A stretch of DNA of 64,000 nt from NCBI RefSeq assembly GCF_006345805.1, contig NC_043003.1, positions 77,934,001-77,998,000 of the forward strand, written 5' to 3'. Position 1 is the stretch's first letter; every line of letters begins with the position of its first letter. This DNA is from Octopus sinensis. Its lineage: Eukaryota. Under the pieces are notes generated by a model, which was not told the DNA's origin, did no database searches, and worked only from the letters and a program-made list of their open reading frames with translations. The position numbers and the translations under genes are program-made. Positions 35,101 through 46,890 of this stretch are shown here, piece by piece.

Positions 35101-35863
35101 TGTTATGGGTTTTGGCTAGTGCAGTATTTCTGACCCACTTCGTGAATGATGGTGCCGGCAGGTCTGGAAGAAAAGAGACAGCCCTTTGTTTGCTGGGAGA
35201 TTGATGGGGTTTTGGAGGGACCTTTTTGGCCCCGTGCGGTCGATTAGGGGTCAGAGAGAGATGTGAGGAAGAATCTAGCAGTAGTGAGAAAAAGATAGAG
35301 TAAGGAATCTAAGAGCAGATGGAGAGGATATTGGCAGTGAGAGAGGATGAGGGGCGATAGAGATAGGCAGTTAGGGACCATGGCAGATAGAGAGGCTATA
35401 AGCAGTAGAGACAGATGGAGATTAGGGTAGTGGGAAGGAGCGAGAGGAAGTGAGGTTTTGGTAGTTGGTAGTCGGTCGTCAAAGAGGACAGTCGGATTTT
35501 GGAAGTCAAAGGGAGTAGTTGGAACCTTAGGAGCAAGCGGCTGGATTCAGGAGTTTTGCAAGCTGGAGTTAGCAGTACTGAGAGAGAGATGCGGTGCAAT
35601 ATGGGACACTGGCGATTCAATTAGGAATTAAGGTATTTGATTATGTATTGATACGTGTTACGATGTAAAAGAAAAAAAGAGAAAGAAGAGAGAAAAAGAA
35701 GGACTCTGATGTAGACGATAATGAACTTTGAATTGTAACGTGAATTGTTGTGATACGAACATTGTATAATGTATCGAAGTGTTCTGATTGGACTGTGACG
35801 TATCGTGAACATTATTTGATCTGGACTTGTTGTGTCGTTACTGAACACTGTTATATTGTTACA
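35101..35863. mobile_element. Probable solo LTR (about 763 bp)
   Basis: Termini tgtta...tgttaca (TGTAAC...TAACA on the minus strand); purine-skewed body unlike the flanks; no clear TSD. Confidence 0.5.
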
Positions 35864-36350
35864 TGCATGTTTAAATGCTTTGATCTGTGGTATACCCGTA
35901 TGATGTATTGATTTGTTGTTTCCCTTAAATGCTTTGATGTATCTTGATGTTGTAACAATTGATTGTCATATAAACTGTTGTTAAATGTAAGCCAGTGTTG
36001 CCGTTTTGCCTCTGTATCTCTGTGCTGCTGCGGTTGTTGTTGTTGTTGTGTATATCTCCTCTCTCTCCTCTCTCCGACGAGTTTCCGTAGCTTATTCGCT
36101 GCATCGAACGGGCCTGTGTGAGGATTTCCGTAACAGTTCGAATCGGAGGTCCCACCCTCGTAACAGCATATTTAGTACATTCTTAACCCAAATAGCTGAG
36201 ATAAACACTACGTTGGGCAAATGATTTTCGTAGACGCTAGACAAGTCTTTACAGGTCGAATATATGCTTCAAAAGATTTCGATTGCAATGGACTATGAAA
36301 TAAACACACCAACATAGATTGTCAAACGATGGTAGTGGGGTCAAACACAC

Positions 36351-36409
<59 letters not shown>

Positions 36410-36419
36410 ATATATATGA

Positions 36420-37506
36420 TTGATTGATTGATTGATTGATTCTAGTTTCAGCTCATGAGCTGTGGCCATGCTGGGGCACCGCCATTTGGTGTTGCTACAT
36501 GGTTTTTCTTCACGAAAGCTTTTTAGCAACTGCCATTTGGTGCATGAGAGAGTTCGATGCAGCTGCCCTCATCTGCACCTCCTGCCGTGAAGTTGGTTCA
36601 TCTGGGATACCTGACAGGAAGAGATCCAGTTTCATTTTAAAGACATCTGCATCCACCCCATGCAGGTCTCTTAGGTTCTTCGGGAGGATATTAAAGAGCT
36701 GTGGGCCTCGGAAGCCCAGGCTATCACAGTATCTTGTCCTACATCTTGATGGCAAATTTGGAGTCCTAGGCACCACGCAGTGGCGCCCAGTTCTGGCATT
36801 TGTGTAACTCTCGATGCCAAAGTTTGGGACAAGTCCCTCCAGGATCTTCCAGATGTATATTATGGCATATCTTTCCCGCCTACGCTCCAAGGAATATAGT
36901 TTTAATCTCTTGAGTCTTTCCCAGTAGCTTATATTCTGCATAGAGGCTATCTTCTTCGTGTAGCTACGTTGGATCGCCTCAAGTTCTGTGATCAACTTGA
37001 CACTGGATGGTGACCATAACTGAGAGCAATAGTCAAAGTGGCTTAGGACAAGTGTCCTCCAGAGGACCATCATGGTTTCTTGTTCTCTTGTTCTAAAGGT
37101 TCTGAGAATCCATCCGGCCAGTCGTCTACATTTCATTGCCAATTTAGCAACATGTACATGAAAGGTTGCGTCATCACTCATGTAAATACCCAGGTCACGC
37201 ACTGATTGTGCCTCTGGGATTGCAATTCAGTGTATTCATTGGGTATTGCATTTAGTTTTGCATGCTGATAGTATAAAGCTTGAAACTTTTCAGCATTGAA
37301 CTGCATGCTATTCTTTTCAGCCCACTTGTATATTTTGTCCAGCTCACATTGCAGGCGTTTAGTGTCCTCAGGATTCTGTATTGCCTGTGAAACTTTTGTA
37401 TCATCTGCATAACTTGTGATCGTGGCTCTCTGCGTGGCTGAGGGCATGTCTGAGAGGGCCATTATGAACAGTAGTGGTCCCAAAACAGTGCCCTGCGGAA
37501 CACCGC

Positions 37507-37510
<4 letters not shown>
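36420..37510 (-). mobile_element. 5'-truncated CR1-group LINE with RT domain, inserted in (TA)n
   Basis: SGVPQGTVLGPLLF...YADDTK...RDLGIYM...YWERLKRLKLYSLERRRERY; one frameshift near 37200; (AATC)n tail; (TA)n on both sides. Confidence 0.92.
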
Positions 37511-37559
<49 letters not shown>

Positions 37560-37790
37560 CATTCAAAATGTGACCGCCAGTGTACCGTTGGCGATTTTTT
37601 TTCCTCCGTCTTCCCTTTCTTGGATCTATCCTTTTCCTATGTTTCTGACAAAGAGCTCCGCTCGAAACGTTAAATCCTCCTTCCTTCTTTCTTTCCTTTT
37701 CTGAGCGTCCAATAATACTATACTTGTTCCACGTCCTCGCGTTGTTGTGTTTTCTCTTTGTGTTTTCATGTTTGGATTGACTATATATAT
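37560..37790 (+). mobile_element. Penelope-like fragment (same family as 28170-28380) with a mutated hammerhead core at 37641-37675
   Basis: GTTT-CTGACAA-A-GAGC(TCC)GCTC-GAAA-C-GTT-AAAT; (TA)n on both sides. Confidence 0.6.
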
Positions 37791-39884
37791 GTGTGTGTAT
37801 GTGTGTGTGTGATGGGCTTCTTTCAGTTTCCGCCAACCAAATCCACTCACAAGGCTTTGGTCGTCTGAGGCTATGTAGTAAAAGACACTTGCCTAAGGTG
37901 TCACACAATGAGGCAATACCGGGAACCTTGTGGTTGGGAAACAAGCATCTTACCACACAACCGTGCCTGCGCCTTACAAATCCAAAACCGAGGAAAACAC
38001 AAACATGAGCGAACAAAGTAAAAAAAAGAGGGAAGAAAAGGGGAAGAAAGAAGAGAAAGAAAAATAGCATGTATTCAACACCAGGTGCTTCAGTTGATCA
38101 CATCCCACAAAGTTCAACGGAATTTTGTGGGATGTGATCATCTGCAACTATTAACGTTACAAAACAAGTTTAAAATTGTTTGTATAATCGTTTTAATTTA
38201 TTTTTTTACTGCTATTTATTAAAGTTCCAAATTATAGAGTTATCAGCTAAACTATAGATAACAACCGTTGGCTCCTTGTTGAACGAGAAATAACTCAGTA
38301 GTGATTTAATATCCAAGGTTCTTACAGTTACTTCCCTTAGATAATTCTGTCCCGGTGTTAATTTTGATAGATAACCGCCAGCCATTCACGTACGACTGCA
38401 AAGACAATGAAGCTCCAGAATAAATGGGTTTCGGTATTTAATTAAGTATCTTGACACTCTGAATTAAAACCCCACTGAGGTTAACTTTATCTTTATGGGT
38501 TATAATAATTACCCTAGTGTCAAGTATTTGGATCAAGATCTGGACTTGGGCTCAGCATAGGAACTGCTTGTGTAATCAAGTAAGGCTGTCGCCTAGCAGC
38601 TAAGCTAAACATATCCAACACTTACATCCACTTCTGTGCCACCCAGATATCTTCCTTAGTTACAAGAAATCATGCAATCACGGAGTAGGTTTATAGAATT
38701 AAAAAAATTATGACTGCATTTGGCTGGAATAATTAATTGAATAGTACTGCTAAGATCATAAAAGCCAGTTACAGATATCAGAGGAAGGATGGTAGATTTA
38801 ATTATCAACAAAAAAAATTACAACTTTGCTTCTGCGATGCAAATACTCAATGTCCATTGTATTCATTTATAATGGCATTGTGCCAAAATTTGAAACCAAT
38901 AAAGTAGAAGGGTTAATAATAGTACAAAGATTACTATTGTTATCTTATATAATCTGTACCACATTCCAAGAAATTGCTCACAAAATTTATAAGCTTTTCT
39001 GAGATAATCAAGAATGTCTTCAATATTACAGATTCTCTCTCTCTCTCTTTTTTCTTTGTTTTTGAAATGTCAAAAATAACAAACTAATAAGTTTGCTTCC
39101 CAGCCACATGGCACCTAGAGCATCTCACTTGTTAACCATTCTTCATCCATTAATATTGTTCTTTGCACCCCCATGTTACAGTAACCATCTCCCACTCCCC
39201 AAACCACCAAATTATCTCTCCTCATGCAGATGTTGTCCACATCCCTCTCCCACTTACCCAATCTCTCCTCCTAAACACTCTTTCATGCATCCACTCTGCC
39301 CACACACCACTACCTCTGCTACATGACATACCACCTGGACACCTAACCACCACTGTCTATCTTCTTGAAGATAACAAATTCATTCTCACTTCCTCTCCTA
39401 AATGTAAGTAGCCATGTAGTTCCTCTATGAGAACCAGCACTACCCCCCAAGCTCTTCCTTCAAACACTAATCCCTACCTAAAATATGAATGCAACATCCT
39501 CCCTTCCTGGGTTTGTTGACTTGCAAGCTACATGGCAATCTCAATAGTGCTAGTGGCATGTAAAAAGCACCCAGTACACACTGTAAAATGGATGGCATTA
39601 ATAAGGGCATCCAGCAGTAGAAACTTATGCCAAAACAGAAAATGGAGCATGATGCCATCCATCCATCCGGCCCATGCAAGCATGAAATATAGACATTAAA
39701 TGATGATGATGATATATATATATATACACATATATATATACACACTGGCCTGCTCACTTAGCCAGCGGGGTGGTGTCATTTGAAGGCTAAAACGATGCGA
39801 AACGCATTGTGACCAGCGATGTGTAACAACATCTGATAGCCTAGTCGGTCACGTGATCACATGATATACACACACACACAGGTG

Positions 39885-40270
39885 CAGGCATGGCTGTGTG
39901 GTAAGAAGTTTGCTTCCCAACCACATGGTTCCAGGTTCAGTCCCACTGTGCAGCACCTTGGGTATAGCTTTAAACTGACCAAACCCTTGTGAGTGGATTT
40001 GGTAGACAGAAACTGAAAGAAGCCCTTGTATATACATTTGTATGTGTGTGTGTGTGTGTGTGCCTTTGTGTATGTGTTTGTTCCCCACCACTGCTTGACA
40101 ACTGGTGTTGGTGTGTTTACATCCACGTAACTTAGCAGTTTGGCAAAAGAGAGTGATAGAATAAGTACCAGGCTTTAAAAAAAATAAGTGTTGGGGTTGA
40201 TTCATTCAACTAAAATATTTTTAAGCAGTGCCCCAGCATGGCTGCAGTCAAATGACTGAAACAGGTAAAT
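39885..40270 (+). mobile_element. SINE family B
   Basis: ggctgtgtggtaagaagtttgcttcccaaccac... through ccagcatggctgcagtcaaatgactgaaacagg. Confidence 0.8.
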
Positions 40271-40544
40271 GATAAATAAAAAAGATAATATATATATACC
40301 CATCCATTTGTTATTTTCACCCTTAGAAATGCAATGAACAGATGATTGAACCATTAGAAACTTAAAATCAATTCACTAATTGTAATTTATAATTGATAAT
40401 AAATAAATGTTATAATACAAGTAAGGGAGAGAACAATTGACAAATTCAATTTCTAACTTGTTTATAAAAAAATTTCATGATTACATTTCTTAAATGTACT
40501 TGGCTTAATGCTTTTTTTTTTTTTTGTCAAATGTCCAATGATAA

Positions 40545-40701
40545 ATTCATAAATAATTTTATCATCATGTATCAAGCACTGGTACCAAGCCTCTTGGATT
40601 CAGTCTTAAAAATTCTTCAGTCTTGTTATAAGGATCAATTTTTTCATATTTAAAAGGAATTCCTTTCTCCAAGAGAGCAATCCCAACTCTTTGGCAAAAT
40701 G
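40545..40701 (-). pseudogene. Internal GST fragment (FCQRVGIALLEKGIPFKYEKIDPYNK...VL/IHDDKIIYE) with a +1 frameshift, flanked by ~20-bp direct repeats
   Basis: High nucleotide identity to GST2/GST3; extra A near 40574; aaatgtcc(aa/g)tgataaattc at 40529-40548 and 40697-40715. Confidence 0.9.
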
Positions 40702-40773
40702 TCCGTGATAAATTCTTTACATTATTTTAACCCTATAAAGCCTAACTGAAGCTAAAAAATGTTTTATAAGTGA

Positions 40774-41619
40774 CTAGCAGAATTGCCCGGCGTTGCTCGG
40801 GGCTGAATTGCTTGAAAGTACTGTTAATGATTGCACTGAATTATGATGATTATTCAGGCAAATATTGATATAAGTTTACGTTGGGAGATAAGGACTTAAC
40901 GATCAAACGTGTGCCATTGCATTGTTTTGGGGGAACCAAATTTCTGATGAGCATTATAGGGGCACCGACTTTAAGTTTGAGAATGTGTGGTGTTAGTCCG
41001 GGGTGCTCAAAGGAATTGAGTACTTCTATTGGATAGTTGATGACGTCCTGTGGGTCATGAGTTGTATTGATAGACTGATATACATAGACTTCCCCAGGAA
41101 TGAGTTTTAGCATTTCATCATTAATATGGTGAACAGTTTTATTCCTCGGGGCCAGTATAGCCTTTTGGCCAATCCAATTCATATTCTGATAATTAGCTTG
41201 TAGATCTTGGAACACTGCATCTCTGAGATCAGAAGGCGTCTTAACAATGGTACAAATGGAATCGATGGCAATATTACCATTTTCATCCCCTGGTATTTTG
41301 CCTTCGCCAAGTGCAAGGAGGGTGTGAGGAAATGCTGCTGATGTGATATTACGTCGCATATGAGCACGCATATTGGTGTGAAGTTTGAGAGTTACTTCCC
41401 TTTATTAAAAAAATATGGATTAAAATGGGAGAAAATGATGGTAAATTATTTGTAAAATCGTAGACTCATCGTAGACGTGCGCTAATACCCAAAAGGGCTC
41501 AATATGAATCACGACTATAAGATACTCGGTTTTGGTTAAACTGCATCGCAAAATGTGGGAGTAGTTAGGAATCTAAATCGGAGTAGACAGACACACAACC
41601 TTTCTTTTATATATAAAGA
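40774..41619 (-). mobile_element. Internally deleted Helitron carrying a Pif1-family helicase fragment (ORF 40850-41371)
   Basis: A|TC ... hairpin-CTAG|T termini shared with 24173-25085; AILAPRNKTVHHIN, LKLKVGAPIMLIRNL..CNGTRLIV. Confidence 0.92.
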
Positions 41620-42358
41620 TTTTCGTCCGTCCTAAAAAACTTTGTGCAGAGTGAATGGTTACCTCTATGGAAATATATACACAAACATTATACATACATG
41701 TGTGTATAGATGAATATATAAATACATTTAAATATCTATATACACTTTTGGGCGATCTTTCTGCTACTTGGATATACTTTAGATCTTATATTCGTCCAAT
41801 TCGTCCTAAATAACTTTGTATGGAGTGAATGGTTACCTCTATGGAAATATATACACACACATTATACATACATGTGTGTGTCTATATACACTTTTGGGCG
41901 ACTGCTACTTAGAGGTAACTTTAGATGTTATTTTCGTCCTAAAAAAACTTTGTGCGGAGTGAATGGTTACCTCTATGGAAATATATACACACACATTATA
42001 CATACATGTGTGTATAGATGAATATATAAATACATTTAAATATCTATATACACTTTTGGGCGATCTTTCTGCTACTTGGATATACTTTAGATCTTATATT
42101 CGTCCAATTCGTCCTAAATAACTTTGTATGGAGTGAATGGTTACCTCTATGGAAATATATACACACACATTATACATACATGTGTGTGTCTATATACACT
42201 TTTGGGTGACTGCTACTTAGAGATAACTTTAGATGTTATTTTCGTCCTAAAAAAACTTTGTGCGGAGTGAATGGTTACCTCTATGGAAATATATACACAC
42301 ACATTATACATACATCTGTGTATAGATGAATATATAAATACATTTAAATATCTATATA
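41620..42358. repeat. Dimeric satellite: alternating 174- and 134-bp monomers (308-bp higher-order unit, about 2.4 copies)
   Basis: gtgaatggttacctctatgg starts at 41651, 41825, 41959, 42133 and 42267. Confidence 0.95.
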
Positions 42359-43146
42359 GCTTACAATTTCTTTCTGTCAACAATTGACAACAGAAGTACG
42401 CTCGCCAATTAATACTACCAAAATTTAACGACAGAAAGTAAATTAAAAACCAATTTACCTTTTCTGTATTGTTATGGCAATTCGACCGTCGGTGTGTTTT
42501 TGCAAATGTGTTCGAATGAGAAGTGAGTTGTGTTTGGCGCCTTTTTTACTAATAACAAACACACACGTGTTTGTATGTAGTTGTTTGAAACGTTTGTGTT
42601 TGTCACTGTCATATATGTATGTGTATGCGTGTGTGTGAGGAATGGCAAACCAGATAGATAGCGCGCGAATTTCTTTTGAAGTTCGCGCTCCGCTTGTGTG
42701 TGTGTGTGTGTGTGCGTGCTTTAGGTGTACGTAGGTATGTGTTTTTGTGTGTGTGTCACTGAAGCCATACATACATATATACATACATAACCTCTCTCTC
42801 TCAGTCACTCACTACAAAAAGTGAATTACTTTCACTTTAATCGTTGCACACTTGCAAAGAGAAAGGAGGAGAAATTAGGGTGATAGCGTCAGTGAAGCAG
42901 TTCGCTCCGTTTGTGTGTGTGTGCTGTAGCCCACACTAAGAAAAGCACTTGACTTACACACCACAATGTGAGTTTTCTCTAAATTTTGCTTAATTGGGGT
43001 TGAAATTTTAAAAACCGGACCTAGCACGACCCGATTTATTCTACTCTTAAAAATGCTAGGTAAATTGTAATTGAAGAAATCCTATATTGTAGATTTCTAT
43101 AAGAGACAAAGGGAGGCAGATAAAATCTGCCTTTTATAATAAGAGA
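42359..43146 (-). mobile_element. 5' part of a second Helitron family
   Basis: A|TCTCTTATTATAAAAGGCAG terminus at 43147/43146; no own 3' hairpin-CTAG is seen before the satellite. Confidence 0.5.
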
Positions 43147-44319
43147 TAGCTGTTATTGACCAGACTGTGATACAAATAAACCCTGTGATGGTGGTGATGA
43201 ATTTTTTTTTCTTTCTGCATTACAGTATCACTTACCAAAATGTCACCAAATTGTTTTGCTCATATTTTCTCCTCCAAATTTTGGCAACAGAGTGACATAA
43301 AAATATCCTCTATTATTTCCTTCAAAATCAAATCAGGCAATGTAAATATTCCATATAATTATCTTTTGTAAATTCCTGATAACACTCATATTTTTATTGT
43401 GAAACATTTCCAGACTGTAAAAGCAGCTTCAGGATGTAGAAGTACCTCCAGGTTATAGAAGTACCTAAAGAGAGTAATTAATTTACTGCTGTACCAAAGT
43501 TTAGTCGTTCATTGTACCCAAAATGGATAGATCTGAATATATATATATTTGCTTTACTACTGCACTAAACAAGGTATAGTGACACTATGACCTTAACAAA
43601 GAAGGAAATATTTTCCATGTGATTTGATGTCAGTATTTTATATAGATGTAATTATGATTGAAGGTCTCAGGCATATCAGCTTTGTTAATGACATACCATT
43701 TAGACTCAAGCACTCTAGAATAGTGGAGATACAATTGTAGAGGCAAGCAATACTCACATCTATGTGGCCTGCAGGAATTTCTGAGTGGCATACTTAAAGG
43801 AAAATTATCTGGAATTTTTTCAGTAGTTTGGCCTACTCAATAATGAGCTGCATCTCATGTAATCCATTTATCAAAATTATTGCCCATGCCTGTTTTAAAT
43901 TATTACTTACTCTGCTAGAAATAGCAGGGAAATATCAACCAGAAAATCAGTCACAAAAGAAAAAAAAAAATTGATACAATTAACGATGTAAACCTAGATA
44001 TATTATGTCAGTTAAAAACAAGCTGGAAAACGTTTTGATCACTGGTCTACTCATTCATCAAGGTGACTAGAGCTAAACAATAATAATGATTAATATACAG
44101 CTAATAGAGAAGCAAATAATACTGATTTAGAAATTTACATAACAAATTTTAGATATTTCTCAAAAATTTATTTACTACTTTGATTACATTAATTTGAGGC
44201 AAAAAAAGACAAAAAATATAAAGCTATATTTAAAAAGTAACTCATAAAATATAGGCTTGCTTTAAAAATGTGATTTATGGTATTGATATTTCATTAATGA
44301 ATCTTTCAGGCAACTTGTT

Positions 44320-44982
44320 CTAATGTTTTTTTACATATTTTTCAAAACCTGGGAGCAATTTCTCTACCTCAGCAAGAGTAGGTTTCACGCTCTCCCTGTT
44401 AAGACAAGCAGTGAGCCATTTCTGGAACCGAGGATACCAATCAATATCAGATGGTATTTCAAAACTTTTAAAATGTTTCAAAACTGGCAATCTTTGCATC
44501 CATGGAATCAGCATCATATCAACAAATGAAAATGAGTCCCCCATGAAGAAATTTCCAGTTGGAGACATGGCTTTCACAAAACTTCCAATATTTTCAACAA
44601 AAGATTTCTGTGCTTCACCAAGATTTTCAGGATCTGATTTCAGAATTGCAAAAAAGAATGGAATTACTTTACTTGCAGCATAATCACCCCAGATACGAAC
44701 TTGAGCCTTATCATAAGGTTGTTCCATCATAATTTTGGGTTTTTGTGGCCAAGCTTCATCAATATATTCCATACATACAGTAGATTCATAAATAATTTTA
44801 TCATCATGTATCAGCACTGGTACCAAACCTCTTGGATTCAGTTTTAAAAATTCTTCAGTCTTCTTATAGGGATCAATTTCTTCATATTTAAAAGGAATTC
44901 CTTTCTCCAAGAGAGCAATCCAGACTCTTTGGCAAAATGGACAAAACCAGGAACTTGCAAACCTGAGTGATGAATCAGACAT
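44320..44982 (-). CDS. Cys-type glutathione S-transferase, 220 aa, GST3, dithiol CPFC active site
   Basis: Intact ORF with WFCPFCQR; acceptor AG at 44998-44997, 14 nt upstream of the ATG. Confidence 0.95.
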   Translation of the reverse strand: MSDSSLRFASSWFCPFCQRVWIALLEKGIPFKYEEIDPYKKTEEFLKLNPRGLVPVLIHDDKIIYESTVCMEYIDEAWPQKPKIMMEQPYDKAQVRIWGDYAASKVIPFFFAILKSDPENLGEAQKSFVENIGSFVKAMSPTGNFFMGDSFSFVDMMLIPWMQRLPVLKHFKSFEIPSDIDWYPRFQKWLTACLNRESVKPTLAEVEKLLPGFEKYVKKH

Positions 44983-45199
44983 TTTTAAAAAGAAACCTAA
45001 AAAAAAGAAAAAGAAAAATATTCACAGAACACTGAACATTCAGAATATATATTAATTCTTAATTACTATAAATTACCAAAATAATTATAGTTTATGAATC
45101 TTACACCAATGTCTGTCTTCTTTGGTATTAATCAGGAACTTTTTTATACTTTATCTCTTTACACTCTATATTTCTGCTTCTTGAATTTATCTTTTATCT

Positions 45200-45585
45200 T
45201 TTACTTGTTTCAGTCATTAGACTATTTCCAAGCTGGAGCACAACCTTGAAGGATTTTTTGTTGAATAAATCAAACACAGTACTGTACTTATTTCTTTTAT
45301 TTTAAGACAGGTATTTATTCTATCAGTCTATGGCCACACTGCTAATTTACGAGGACATAAACACACCAACACCAGTTATCAAGTGGTGATGGGGGACAAA
45401 CACAAAGACACATATACATACAATGGTCTTCCTTCAGTTTCCGTCTACCAGATCCACACACAAGGCTTAACTCAAACTGAGGCGATAGTAGAAGACACTT
45501 GCCCTAGGTGCCACACAGTGGCACTGAACCCAGAACCATGTGGTTAGAAAGTAAGCTTCTTACTGCAGAGCCATGCCTGCACCTA
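45200..45585 (-). mobile_element. SINE family B (diverged)
   Basis: ttttacttgtttcagtcattagact... through cttactgcagagccatgcc. Confidence 0.7.
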
Positions 45586-46890
45586 TAAATAAATTTTCTA
45601 ATAATTTCTAAAATACAAAAGGAAAGATGTGACACAAATAATACTCTGATAGACTAAATGCTTTGCTTTGCAGGATTTAGTTTTAACCTGCTTAGTCTAG
45701 AATTCAAATCCTACAGTTTCTTTTTGTTTGAAACATCAGTAAAATAAATGATAACCATACAAGTATTCACTAGACAATTTACTCTCTATACTAATTTGTT
45801 GTCTTCGACCTACACAAAAATATCAATAAGATATAACCATACTGATTCTTAATTCACAAGACTTTTTCAATAGATTCTGAATTTCACTAATAAAAATGTA
45901 TAATGATGAGATCAATCATATTGGTTTCAAATTTTGGCATGAGGTCAGCAATATCGGGAAGCAGATAAGTCGATTACATCAACCCCAGTGCTCAACTGGT
46001 ACTTATTTCATTGACCCTGGAAGGATAAAAGGCAAAACTGACTCTAGCAGAATTTGAACTCAGAATGTAAAGCCAGATGAAATTTTGCCAGCATGCTAAC
46101 AATTCTGCCAACTCACTGCCAATCATATCAACTTCACAAGATCAATCATATTCTTCTCATGAGGAAAGGCAGCAAGCTGGCAGAAATGTTAGCATGCCAG
46201 GCGAAATGCTTAGCAGTATTTTGTCTGTCTTTATGTTCTGAGTTCAAATTCTACCAAGGTCAACTCTGCCTTTCATCCTTTTGGAGTCGAAAAATTAAGT
46301 ATCAGTTGCATAGTAGGGTCACTCTAATCAACTGGTCCCCTCCCCCAAAATTTCAGGCCTTGTGTCAAGAGTAGAAAAGATTCTTCTCACAAGGTCTACA
46401 ATGGTTGAACCCAGAAGGTCAACCACAGTGACCACGTGAGGACTACTATATTGACTTCTTTCCCAATAAAGTTCAACCAGTGCTGCTTATCTTGCTCAGA
46501 ATAATATTTAGCAAATTTTACTTCTTTAGAGATGAAGTCAAGTGATGCCTCCATGTGACTACAAAATCTGCTAGAGATAGTAGCCAAATTTCTCTCAAAT
46601 TATACTCTTTTACCTTCAAAAGGAAGGAACATATTGGATTATGTAGTCCTGGGTATGCAACACCAGAGAGAAAGATGGAAGGCAATGGCTGGAATGTCTC
46701 CAATCATAGATCTGCTCATCCAGAGTGAACAACAAATGATAACAATTTTTAAGATATACAAAAAAGAATTAGGGTTATTTAAAATTCTATCAAAAATTAT
46801 CTGAACCACAATTTCATGTGTGAATACACATATATACACACACACATACAGATATATGTATATATATCTATATATATATATATACATATA

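Noticed and set aside
41620-42358. CRISPR-like array
   Set aside because: The inter-repeat sequences are themselves repeated, the monomers are over 130 bp, there are no cas genes and the context is eukaryotic.
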